A stretch of DNA of 63,408 nt, taken from Patescibacteria group bacterium UBA3530. Lineage in GTDB: Bacteria > Patescibacteriota > Minisyncoccia > Phycocordibacterales > UBA2100. The stretch spans positions 31,468-94,875 of the forward strand of contig DFOX01000002.1 in assembly GCA_002376945.1 (NCBI GenBank). Direction: 5' to 3'. A model generated the notes under the pieces. It was not told the origin of the DNA, did not search any database, and was given only the letters and a program-made list of their open reading frames with translations. Below, in pieces: positions 41,395-49,442 of the stretch (positions within the stretch are counted from its first letter, which is position 1; every line of letters starts with the position of its first letter). Made by a program: the position numbers and the translations under genes.

Positions 41395-43455
41395 ATGAGC
41401 CAAGACCACGATGCGCATGTACATGACGAAGAATATTTCTGCAGTGTGTGTAAGGTAACGACCAAAGAAAAACATGCGCATGGTGGTATGGCGGCAATGT
41501 CACATGGTTCGGCAACGATGTTTCTTCGACGTTTCTGGATCGTCACGGTGTTGTTAATCCCTCTACTATTCACCAATGAATTTGTTACGGGAGTATTGGG
41601 TGTTGGTCTTTTGCCCTACAACACGTTTATCGGATTTGGCATATCGACCGTTATATTCGGATTTTCTCTGATTTTTTTCAGACACGCATGGCACGAAATA
41701 CGTTCGAAAAGCTACGGGATGATGACATTGGTAAGTATTGCGGTTGGATCGGGATATCTGTTTTCAGTCGCTTCGACATTTGTACCGTCACTTGAGGTGG
41801 CGTTTTACATGGAGATTTCAACCCTTATATGGGTGCTGCTCTTTGGACATTACTTGGAGGCCAAATCAACATCGGCTGCTGGCAATGCGTTACAGGAGGT
41901 GGCCAAGTTGCTACCTAAGAAGGCACACAAGGTGGTTGATGGAGTAGAAAGTGAAGTCGCGATAGCTGATTTACAGGAAGGAGACGTGGTTGTGGTAAAA
42001 CCGGGAGAGAAAGTTCCGGCAGACGGTGTAGTTGATGCGGGAGTTGCAAATGTCAACGAATCGCTCATATCAGGTGAATCCAAACCTGTGCAAAAAGAGG
42101 TCGGCGATACGGTAGTTGCGGGAGCGATTTGTATTGATGGAGCACTTACCATTGTGCTCTCGCGCGTAGGAGAACACTCTACTATAGGGCAGATTAAAAA
42201 ATTGATTTCTGACGCACAGTCTACCAAGCCACACTCGCAAAAGGTTGCAGACAAAGCTTCCGCTGTACTTACCTTTGTCGCTGCGGTAACGGCGTTACTC
42301 ACCATACTCATCTGGTCGGTATTTCTTGGACAACCCTTCGTTTTTGCGATAACGCTTGCCATTACCGTTTTAGTGATTGCGTGCCCGCATGCATTGGGGC
42401 TTGCTATTCCAACGGTTACAACGATTAGTACTTCGCTTGCAGTGAAAAATGGCGTGTTTATAAAAGACCTTTCCAAAATTGAGGTGATCAGAAAGGCGGA
42501 CTATGTCGTATTTGACAAAACTGGAACACTGACCAAAGGAGAATTTGGGGTGAGTAACATTCACACCACTACCGATGACTATACACCAGACGAGATTTTG
42601 GCCATTGCAGCTTCTCTTGAACAACAGTCGTCGCACATAATCGGACAGTCTATTGTCGCACATGCGCAGCACAGTGAAGTAGATATGAAAAACCCCGAAG
42701 CGTTTAAGAATATAGCGGGAAAAGGAGTTTCGGGCATGCTGGCAGGAGCGTCCTACTACGTGGGCAACATAACACTCATGAAGGAAAACGTAGCGGTGAC
42801 TGAGCGCATTGAGGAGAAAATCAAGAATCTTTCTTCAGGCGGAAATACACTTGCCATAGTTGCCAATCAACGAGCAGTTATCGGAATTATTACACTGTCT
42901 GATGAAATAAAGGAAGAGTCATATGCGGCGATACAAGATATACACAACCTTGGTGTTAAGGTTGCGATGCTTACAGGAGATAATGACGGTGTGGCGAAAG
43001 GGGTAGCCGACGCACTGGAAATCGACACCTACTTCGCACAAGTCCTCCCTGAGGATAAATATACGCACATTCAAAATCTACAAAAAGACGGATCGGTGGT
43101 TCTCATGATTGGTGATGGGGTAAATGATGCTCCCGCACTGACGCAAGCTGATGCGGGAATTGCTGTTGGAGCTGGGACAGATGTTGCGGTTGAGTCAGGG
43201 GATGTTGTGTTAATGAGCAATAATCCTCAAGACGTGCGAAGACTTATCGTTTTGTCCAAAAAGGTGTATTCGAAAATGGTCCAGAATCTTGTATGGGCAC
43301 TGGGATACAACGTGGTTGCAATACCAGCCGCAGCAGGAGCGTTTGCCGCATGGGGATTCTTTCTTCGACCGGAGGTCGCTGCCTTGCTCATGGCACTATC
43401 CACCGTGATTGTGGTTGCGAATGCAATGTTATTAAAAAGAATTAATTTACAGTAA
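41395..43455 (+). CDS. copB: copper-translocating P1B-type ATPase (CPH motif, CopB-like)
   Basis: His-rich N-terminus (DHDAHVHDEE...KEKHAHGG), TGES-type actuator (LISGESKPV), TM6 CPHALGLAIP, DKTGTLT and GDGVNDAPAL. Confidence 0.93.
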   Translation: MSQDHDAHVHDEEYFCSVCKVTTKEKHAHGGMAAMSHGSATMFLRRFWIVTVLLIPLLFTNEFVTGVLGVGLLPYNTFIGFGISTVIFGFSLIFFRHAWHEIRSKSYGMMTLVSIAVGSGYLFSVASTFVPSLEVAFYMEISTLIWVLLFGHYLEAKSTSAAGNALQEVAKLLPKKAHKVVDGVESEVAIADLQEGDVVVVKPGEKVPADGVVDAGVANVNESLISGESKPVQKEVGDTVVAGAICIDGALTIVLSRVGEHSTIGQIKKLISDAQSTKPHSQKVADKASAVLTFVAAVTALLTILIWSVFLGQPFVFAITLAITVLVIACPHALGLAIPTVTTISTSLAVKNGVFIKDLSKIEVIRKADYVVFDKTGTLTKGEFGVSNIHTTTDDYTPDEILAIAASLEQQSSHIIGQSIVAHAQHSEVDMKNPEAFKNIAGKGVSGMLAGASYYVGNITLMKENVAVTERIEEKIKNLSSGGNTLAIVANQRAVIGIITLSDEIKEESYAAIQDIHNLGVKVAMLTGDNDGVAKGVADALEIDTYFAQVLPEDKYTHIQNLQKDGSVVLMIGDGVNDAPALTQADAGIAVGAGTDVAVESGDVVLMSNNPQDVRRLIVLSKKVYSKMVQNLVWALGYNVVAIPAAAGAFAAWGFFLRPEVAALLMALSTVIVVANAMLLKRINLQ

Positions 43456-43456
43456 T

Positions 43457-43810
43457 ATGAAAAAGTTTTTCGGAGCATTAATAGTAGGGTTACTTCTAGT
43501 CTCTCCAAGTGTGTCGCTTGCTGATGTGGGGCGTGATCATGGAATGGCTACACCAGAAGAGCATCAAGAAATGGAGGATTTGATGGTGAAAATGATGACG
43601 AATGAAATGAACGAAAAAGAGGCACGAAAAATGATCACACTGATGCAAAACATAGATGGTGGCATGATGGGCATGATGGGCGGTGGTGTACAACACCGTA
43701 AAGGAGTGCTCAATGATTACAACATGATGGGAACGTCTCTTGGCCTTATATGGCTCATTGCAGGAGTGCTACTCATCGCGTGGCTGGCGAGAGAACTTCG
43801 TAAGAAATAA
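43457..43810 (+). CDS. Met/His-rich exported protein with C-terminal TM anchor
   Basis: Signal peptide MKKFFGALIVGLLLVSPSVSLA, then HGMATPEEHQEMEDLMVKMMTNEMNE...GGMMGMMGGG...YNMMG, a C-terminal TM and RELRKK. Confidence 0.65.
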   Translation: MKKFFGALIVGLLLVSPSVSLADVGRDHGMATPEEHQEMEDLMVKMMTNEMNEKEARKMITLMQNIDGGMMGMMGGGVQHRKGVLNDYNMMGTSLGLIWLIAGVLLIAWLARELRKK

Positions 43811-43812
43811 GT

Positions 43813-45279
43813 ATGTTTGCCAAGTACAAAGATGCCATACGCCGAGTAACGGGCGATTACCTCTACACAATCATTGCGGTGAGTTTCGCACTAAACTTAC
43901 TTGCACTCGATTATATATTGTTGAGTCAGGCCACTACATTTCGCATAATGGCTGCACAAAACACCCTGTTTTACAACGCGTCCACGATACTTTTAAGCAT
44001 TATCACAGCGATACTCTTTGGTGTATCAAGTGCAATGGTGGTGTATATACTCAAGCGACGAAAAAGTGTCAAGGAATCGGCACCGAGTACATTTTTCGGA
44101 ACGGTCTTTGCTGCGGTTGCAAGCGGTTGTCCGGTATGTGGAGCGTGGCTACTCCCGCTTCTGGGAATTGCAGGGTCTTTGGCGGCCTTTCCGTTGCAAG
44201 GGCTTGAAATTCGGCTATTGGCAATTGGCCTTTTGATTTTCTCAATTGCACAATCAACCAATATAATATTGGGGTTGTGTAAGGATTCGAAGAAGCATGT
44301 GCAGACTTCGGTGATCGTGATTGTGGCTTTCATTGTCGCACTCTTGTTACTCCCAAATCTTCCTTCTCAGTTTAAAGTGAGGTTTCAGTTGTCAGGTGTC
44401 AGTGTACCCACCGTTACTGCAGGTGCTGACGTGAATGCCATCTATGATCAGGTCAATCCACGAGAAGGGTACGCCATATCTGCGCGCTATGGAAATATCG
44501 GGTATCAACTCGTACAAGCGGGCGTGATTGATTTTGATCGGTTCAGCTTGTTGTACGAGCGATCGGGTACTCCACTGACAAAGGCGCAACTCAAAATCTT
44601 TAGTGAAGAGGGATCAGATGAGAATATTCTCATCAATAGAGAGAATTCATATTTCCTCCTCAACCTTTTCTGGGCATTTGGTCTCGGGAACGATAACCCC
44701 ATATTGACTGAAGGGCAGATTACACAGTATGGAAATGCAAGCATTGGAGATTTTGCCTCCACTGGCGGTTGGACTATTGCTACAAAACCACTTGAAGCGT
44801 ACTACTCAAAATTACCCATGGCGCCACTTAACGATGAACAACAGGCGAGACTCTTGGCGGTTGCTGAAAACACGTATAGACCGTGCTGTGGAAATTCAAC
44901 CGCTTTTCCTGATTGTAATCACGGCATGGCACTACTTGGTGTTTTGGAGTTGATGGCGTACAACAACGCTACGGAAGAAGAAATGTTCGAAGCAGCAAAG
45001 TACTTTAGTGCGTTTTGGTTCCCACAACAAGCAGTGGATGTGGCAACTTTGTTTATGGTAACTGAGGGAAAGGCCTTTAAAGACATTGACGGAAGCATGT
45101 TCTTAAGCGAACAATTTTTCTCAGGACGTGGTTGGAGCCAGGTGCGCGGATGGCTTGAGAGTAATGTGCAAGGAGGTGTCGAATCACAAACACCAAACGG
45201 CGGCGGTTGCGGCGTGGAAAGCGGTGCTCCCGTGCAAAAGCAAGTCATCCCGCAAGGCGGCGGCGGTTGCGGAGTCTAA
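43813..45279 (+). CDS. membrane protein with intramembrane GCPVCG motif and large Cys-motif ectodomain (unknown family)
   Basis: The N-terminal ~190 aa are polytopic (AAVASGCPVCGAWLLPLLGIAG). The C-terminal ~300 aa are soluble, with YRPCCGNSTAFPDCNHGMA. It ends in a duplicated GGGCGV...GGGGCGV. Confidence 0.7.
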   Translation: MFAKYKDAIRRVTGDYLYTIIAVSFALNLLALDYILLSQATTFRIMAAQNTLFYNASTILLSIITAILFGVSSAMVVYILKRRKSVKESAPSTFFGTVFAAVASGCPVCGAWLLPLLGIAGSLAAFPLQGLEIRLLAIGLLIFSIAQSTNIILGLCKDSKKHVQTSVIVIVAFIVALLLLPNLPSQFKVRFQLSGVSVPTVTAGADVNAIYDQVNPREGYAISARYGNIGYQLVQAGVIDFDRFSLLYERSGTPLTKAQLKIFSEEGSDENILINRENSYFLLNLFWAFGLGNDNPILTEGQITQYGNASIGDFASTGGWTIATKPLEAYYSKLPMAPLNDEQQARLLAVAENTYRPCCGNSTAFPDCNHGMALLGVLELMAYNNATEEEMFEAAKYFSAFWFPQQAVDVATLFMVTEGKAFKDIDGSMFLSEQFFSGRGWSQVRGWLESNVQGGVESQTPNGGGCGVESGAPVQKQVIPQGGGGCGV

Positions 45280-45293
45280 CATCAACGTAACAA

Positions 45294-45323
45294 AAGCACT
45301 CCTGGGGTTTGTGGGTGCTTTTT
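45294..45323 (+). terminator. rho-independent terminator ending the csoR-copB operon
   Basis: aagcactc...gggtgctt stem (8 bp including G-U) followed by ttt. Confidence 0.65.
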
Positions 45324-45420
45324 AAATGTAAATTACGCTTTATATTTATCCCCTGTGCAAGATACTGCAAATTCAGCAGGTATGTCATAATTGAAGGAAG
45401 AGGTTACTAGTACATACACT

Positions 45421-46134
45421 ATGAATATGAATGTATCAAAAGGAAATTATGCAATACCAGCTTCTATTGTGATTGCGGGAGCTTTTATCGCACTTGCCAT
45501 ATTCTTCACTGCAGGCAAGAATGCAGTGCAACCGGCACCATCGCAGCCACTGGCAGTCGATACCACTGACCGGATAAATCCGGTGACCGCAGAGGATCAC
45601 ATTCGAGGAAGTATAGACGCGCAGGTTTTTGTGGTGGAGTATTCAGATTTCGAGTGCCCGTTTTGTAAGCGATTTCACCCCACGATGAAGCAAGTGATGG
45701 AAGCGTACGATGCAGACGAAGTTGCGTGGGTATATCGACAATTCCCGCTCGACTCACTTCACCCAGTTAAAGCAAGACGGGAGGCAATCACTTCAGAATG
45801 TGTTGCTGAGCTGGGAGGAAATGATGCTTTTTGGCAATTTACCGACAGGTTCTTTGAGGTCACTCCGTCTAATAATCAAACTGATTTGGATGTAGTGTTA
45901 CCTGAGATTATTGCCGAGATCGGACTTTCGCAAGAAGCGGTGGACGAGTGTGTTGCAAGTGGTAGGTATGACCAACATGTGCAGGATGATGTCGATAATG
46001 CATTTGCAACCGGTGGACAGGGAACGCCCTGGAGCGTGATAATCGGGAAAAATGGAGAAACCTTCCCCCTCTCCGGTGCTCAACCATATACTTCTGTGAC
46101 ACAACTTATCGATATTGCACTCAAGGATAAGTAG
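45421..46134 (+). CDS. DsbA/BdbD-family thiol:disulfide oxidoreductase (CPFC), membrane-anchored
   Basis: N-terminal anchor, then VVEYSDFECPFCKRFHP, and a GTPW cis-Pro-loop-like segment (GGQGTPWSVI). The start is taken at MNMNVSK (45421); ORF-track start 45391 is TTG. Confidence 0.85.
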   Translation: MNMNVSKGNYAIPASIVIAGAFIALAIFFTAGKNAVQPAPSQPLAVDTTDRINPVTAEDHIRGSIDAQVFVVEYSDFECPFCKRFHPTMKQVMEAYDADEVAWVYRQFPLDSLHPVKARREAITSECVAELGGNDAFWQFTDRFFEVTPSNNQTDLDVVLPEIIAEIGLSQEAVDECVASGRYDQHVQDDVDNAFATGGQGTPWSVIIGKNGETFPLSGAQPYTSVTQLIDIALKDK

Positions 46135-46136
46135 GT

Positions 46137-46673
46137 ATGGGCGCACTGCAGAAAGTTTTCGTTCAATGGAAGTATGTGGCTCTTTCTGCCATGGTAGCGA
46201 TTGCGATATTTGCATTTTCTGTATGGCTTCCCAATTGGAAGTTGATTTACACCGTCTTCACTGCACCCTCTGTGAGCTTCTTTGAAGCAATCAGTGTAGT
46301 GCTCGGGTTGTTTTTATCGATTGGCACCAACTTCACCATCGTATCTGCTTCCTATACCATAGTGATTGCCATTTTGTTTGGTGTGAATGTATCACTCCTG
46401 ACCTACTACATTACGCGAAAGAGGGGTGCGTTTGGTACAGGGGGCGTGCTCGGTGCGGGAGGTTTGGTAAGTGGTGTCTTCGGGGTTGGTTGTGCATCGT
46501 GTGGAACATTTATACTCACGTCACTCCTTACCTTTGTCGGTGTCGGAGGACTACTCACCATGCTGCCATTGAAAGGGGAGGAGTTTGGTATATTGGGAGT
46601 TGCACTTATTGGCTACGCGACCTATTGGACAATGAGGAAAATAGAGGAACCGTTATTAGTTTGTGATGTATAA
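46137..46673 (+). CDS. membrane protein with intramembrane GCASCG motif, paralogue of the N-terminal domain of 43813..45279
   Basis: ILFGVNVSLLTYYITRKRG...GVGCASCGTFILTSLLTFVGVGGLLTMLPLKGEE aligns by eye with ILFGVSSAMVVYILKRRKS...ASGCPVCGAWLLPLLGIAGSLAAFPLQGLE. Confidence 0.65.
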   Translation: MGALQKVFVQWKYVALSAMVAIAIFAFSVWLPNWKLIYTVFTAPSVSFFEAISVVLGLFLSIGTNFTIVSASYTIVIAILFGVNVSLLTYYITRKRGAFGTGGVLGAGGLVSGVFGVGCASCGTFILTSLLTFVGVGGLLTMLPLKGEEFGILGVALIGYATYWTMRKIEEPLLVCDV

Positions 46674-47067
46674 AAGTATGAGTAATAGCGTACAACTTAC
46701 CATAGCATCAGTGATACTCGCAGGAGGACTCATTGTTTCAGCCATCGTGCTTACATCAGGAGGACAGAGCACTAAAAAATTCAATGTGGTTATGCAGAAT
46801 AATAGGTACAACCCGTCTGAAATTGTTGTGTCAGTTGGTGATCGGGTTATTATCAATTTTGAAAATAGAGACCCGGTCAGTCACGGTATTGCAATACCGC
46901 AATTCAATGCTACAGTTCCAAATGGACATGTTCCCGCAGGAGGTTCGGCGCGCATGGAGTTTATCGCAGATAGAGCTATCGATACTGATGCGGCAGTGTG
47001 TGGAGGGCCAAACCCGACCGACAAGACTGATGAACATGGAGAAGAGTTTATAGTACGAGTTAGATAA
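46663..47067 (+). CDS. membrane-anchored cupredoxin-like domain protein
   Basis: TM anchor, then NRYNPSEIVVSVGDRVIINFENRDPVSHGIAIPQF...GGSARMEF, a cupredoxin-like beta-sandwich pattern. The alternative start 46678 avoids the 11-nt overlap. Confidence 0.55.
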   Translation: MMYKSMSNSVQLTIASVILAGGLIVSAIVLTSGGQSTKKFNVVMQNNRYNPSEIVVSVGDRVIINFENRDPVSHGIAIPQFNATVPNGHVPAGGSARMEFIADRAIDTDAAVCGGPNPTDKTDEHGEEFIVRVR

Positions 47068-47073
47068 TCAAGT

Positions 47074-47835
47074 ATGAAAAAGAGTATCATCATTGCTTTA
47101 ATTATTATAGGAGGAATTGCATTCTATGCATTCTCTGCCGGTAGCGCAGATCAGGACGATTTTGTGGTTACTGCGGAAACTGATGGTAGTGCAGTTCTCG
47201 TGGAGAGTGTAACTCTAGATGCCCCAGGTTTTGTGGTCATACGAGAAGTAATCAATGATCGACCGGGACAGATAGTGGAGGTGAGCGACCTGCTTCCGGC
47301 GGGACGTAATACCAATGTTACCATTGGTTTAGGAGCCCCGTCCGGGATTGAGGGCATTGACATCGGTGGTGGTTTTCCACTCTTTACCAGTCTCGCTGCT
47401 GTGGTGTATTACGATGATGGAGACGGAGGATTCAATTCTCTGACGGATACGGTGGCGTATGTTAACGGTAATGTACTCGCTGAAGATTTGGGTACCGGTG
47501 AACGTGCACAAGAATCGGCGGTCGTTCCAAATGTACAAGCTGAATCTCTTGAGGGAGAAGTTGCGGTAACGGTTCGGTATACTGATCAGGGTTTCTTGCC
47601 AAAGAGAGTGGAGATACAAGTGGGAGATACGGTGAAGTTTATCAACGAAAGTAGTAGGCCTATGTGGGTTGCGTCTGATGTGCATCCTGCACACACCATT
47701 CTTCCTACCTTTGATCAATTTACCACCTCAGCATACGGGGAGAGTTACTTCTACACATTTCAAGAGGCCGGCGAGTGGCGATACCATGATCACGTAAACG
47801 CAAACGAACTTGGTACGGTCATGGTGAGTGAATAA
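47074..47835 (+). CDS. exported protein with C-terminal Cys-less cupredoxin-like domain
   Basis: Signal anchor. The C-terminus FLPKRVEIQVGDTVKFINESSRPMWVASDVHPAH...GEWRYHDHVNANELGTVMV has His-rich potential ligands but no Cys. Confidence 0.6.
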   Translation: MKKSIIIALIIIGGIAFYAFSAGSADQDDFVVTAETDGSAVLVESVTLDAPGFVVIREVINDRPGQIVEVSDLLPAGRNTNVTIGLGAPSGIEGIDIGGGFPLFTSLAAVVYYDDGDGGFNSLTDTVAYVNGNVLAEDLGTGERAQESAVVPNVQAESLEGEVAVTVRYTDQGFLPKRVEIQVGDTVKFINESSRPMWVASDVHPAHTILPTFDQFTTSAYGESYFYTFQEAGEWRYHDHVNANELGTVMVSE

Positions 47836-47861
47836 ATACATTACAATGTAAACGATATACT

Positions 47862-48386
47862 ATGAATGATAATCAAGAATTAAGTGCAAAGGAGGTGTAC
47901 GACTTAGAGAAAAAACACAAAGAGGAAGCAAAAAGAAAAGAGCATGTATCGCAAAAAAGATCTCGCAACAAAATGAAAATGGGGAAGTATGTAGCGTATA
48001 CGGTAATCACTCTCGGTGTGCTTTGGGGAATTATATGGTTGCTATCGTTGGTGCCCAAACTGCCTCCGATATCGGCGGAGAACCACTCAGAGGATAGTCC
48101 GGTGGCGCATATTTTAACGACACCAATACCAGACAGGATGCAGCGACATATGCTCGAACACGCAGATGGTATCGGGGCACCGGGTGTCATCATTCAATAT
48201 AACTGTGACGATTACGAGTGTGATGCTGATATGGTAGAGAAGCTCGTTGGACTTGTTGGAGAATATCCTAACAACGTATACCTCGCTCCAAATACCTATG
48301 CAGGAAAAATTATTCTCACCAAATTGGGAAAGCGGGAGGTACTTGATGAGTTCAATGAGGAGACCATTCGCAATTTCATTAGATAG
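47862..48386 (+). CDS. membrane-anchored DUF3105-like protein
   Basis: Basic N-terminus, a TM, then HILTTPIPDRMQRHMLEHADGIGAPGVIIQYNCDDYEC...VYLAPNTY, resembling DUF3105 (H..LEHG.V...Y). Confidence 0.5.
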   Translation: MNDNQELSAKEVYDLEKKHKEEAKRKEHVSQKRSRNKMKMGKYVAYTVITLGVLWGIIWLLSLVPKLPPISAENHSEDSPVAHILTTPIPDRMQRHMLEHADGIGAPGVIIQYNCDDYECDADMVEKLVGLVGEYPNNVYLAPNTYAGKIILTKLGKREVLDEFNEETIRNFIR

Positions 48387-48390
48387 TCTG

Positions 48391-48420
48391 CTAAACGGCT
48401 CAGTCCATTGAGCCGTTTAG
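48391..48420. terminator. bidirectional terminator hairpin
   Basis: ctaaacggctca-gtccat-tgagccgtttag, a 12-bp perfect stem. It overlaps the stop of the minus-strand gene 48417..48803. Confidence 0.7.
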
Positions 48421-48803
48421 ATTCTCTCGTAATATACCGATCTGCCCGTTTTTCCCACCTGTCTGATTTTACGATCCTGTTCAAGTTCCTGTAAGTACCG
48501 TGTAGCAGTTGCATCCGAGACGTTAAGGATACTTTCAACGTCATTATTTGTTATGGTATCCATGTTCTCGAAGTGCTTGAGAATATACTCTTTTCGCTTT
48601 GTTTTGCGAGAAGGTCGTTTTGTTGCGTATATGCCAATATATATTCCTATAAGCAGTGCACCGAGTATGATAAGGAAAATCATAGATAAAGTATGCCATA
48701 TGTTTACATTGTACACACTAGGTGTTGTGAAGGTGTTGATTGTTTTGACGTTTACAACGACATTTATTTGGCTCGACGGCATGAGACGCATTAGAACCGC
48801 CAT
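48417..48803 (-). CDS. TM-anchored winged-helix DNA-binding protein (hypothetical)
   Basis: TM MIFLIILGALLIGIYIGIYA, a basic linker, then ITNNDVESILNVSDATATRYLQELEQDRKIRQVGKTGRSVYYE (wHTH). The start is uncertain: 48803, or ATG 48683 directly at the TM. Confidence 0.5.
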   Translation of the reverse strand: MAVLMRLMPSSQINVVVNVKTINTFTTPSVYNVNIWHTLSMIFLIILGALLIGIYIGIYATKRPSRKTKRKEYILKHFENMDTITNNDVESILNVSDATATRYLQELEQDRKIRQVGKTGRSVYYERI

Positions 48804-48929
48804 AGAATGGGACTATTGGGAGATCTCACGCAAGGCACAGGAGCGTGCCGGACTCACGCCGATCATCCCGAGCTACATGCGAGAGGCACGAAGCGACTAA
48901 GTAGCAAGTAACTGCAACAAGTGCGTGTG

Positions 48930-49442
48930 TTACTTCTGGGCACGATGTTTCAATGCCAGCCTGTTTTTGAGAATCAGAAAAATAATACTTATGATCAAAG
49001 CAATGCCTATAGGGGGTGCGATATATAGCACCAGGTTGGCAATGTTGAAAAGAACAGACGCTCCAGTGTTCAAGAACTTAAATAGCCACGGTACGAGATA
49101 GGCATAAGAGACATACATTAAGCCCAGCCAGATCACCGCCTTGATCAGGTTATAGAGTTCCCACATACCGAAGGCTTTAACCACGATGTCGTGCAAGACT
49201 TTATAAAAGCGGAGCACATACAGCAATAAACCTAGTGTTCCAAACGTGAATGCGCTGTAAAATGCACGGATAAAGATACTCGGTTCTGACAAAGGTGCTA
49301 TCTGTTGCCACTGAAATTTCATACCAAGAGCAAAGTGCCAGAGTAATAGCACGAGCGCGAGGATTGCATAGGTCATCCCGCTAGTCGCTATTTCTTTAGC
49401 GTGTTTTAACAATACTCTTTTGTGCCAACTGTCTGTTCTCAT
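48930..49442 (-). CDS. 4-TM membrane protein (unknown family), second gene of a two-gene cassette
   Basis: Four long hydrophobic helices. The start overlaps the stop of the upstream gene by 4 nt (ATGA). Confidence 0.6.
   Translation of the reverse strand: MRTDSWHKRVLLKHAKEIATSGMTYAILALVLLLWHFALGMKFQWQQIAPLSEPSIFIRAFYSAFTFGTLGLLLYVLRFYKVLHDIVVKAFGMWELYNLIKAVIWLGLMYVSYAYLVPWLFKFLNTGASVLFNIANLVLYIAPPIGIALIISIIFLILKNRLALKHRAQK

Noticed and set aside
41135-42476. Minus-strand ORFs 41135..41515, 41337..41576 and 41850..42476
   Set aside because: They are antisense to the small membrane gene and the Cu ATPase, and no independent signals support them.
43740-44207. 155-aa plus-strand ORF in an alternative frame
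   Set aside because: It overlaps the end of the Met-rich gene and the start of 43813..45279. It is Cys/Arg-rich and lacks the TM pattern seen in the supported frame.
48553-48900. 115-aa plus-strand ORF
   Set aside because: Most of it is antisense to the wHTH gene 48417..48803. Only its GC-rich 3' end (48806-48900) is interesting, and that is reported separately as a possible gene remnant.
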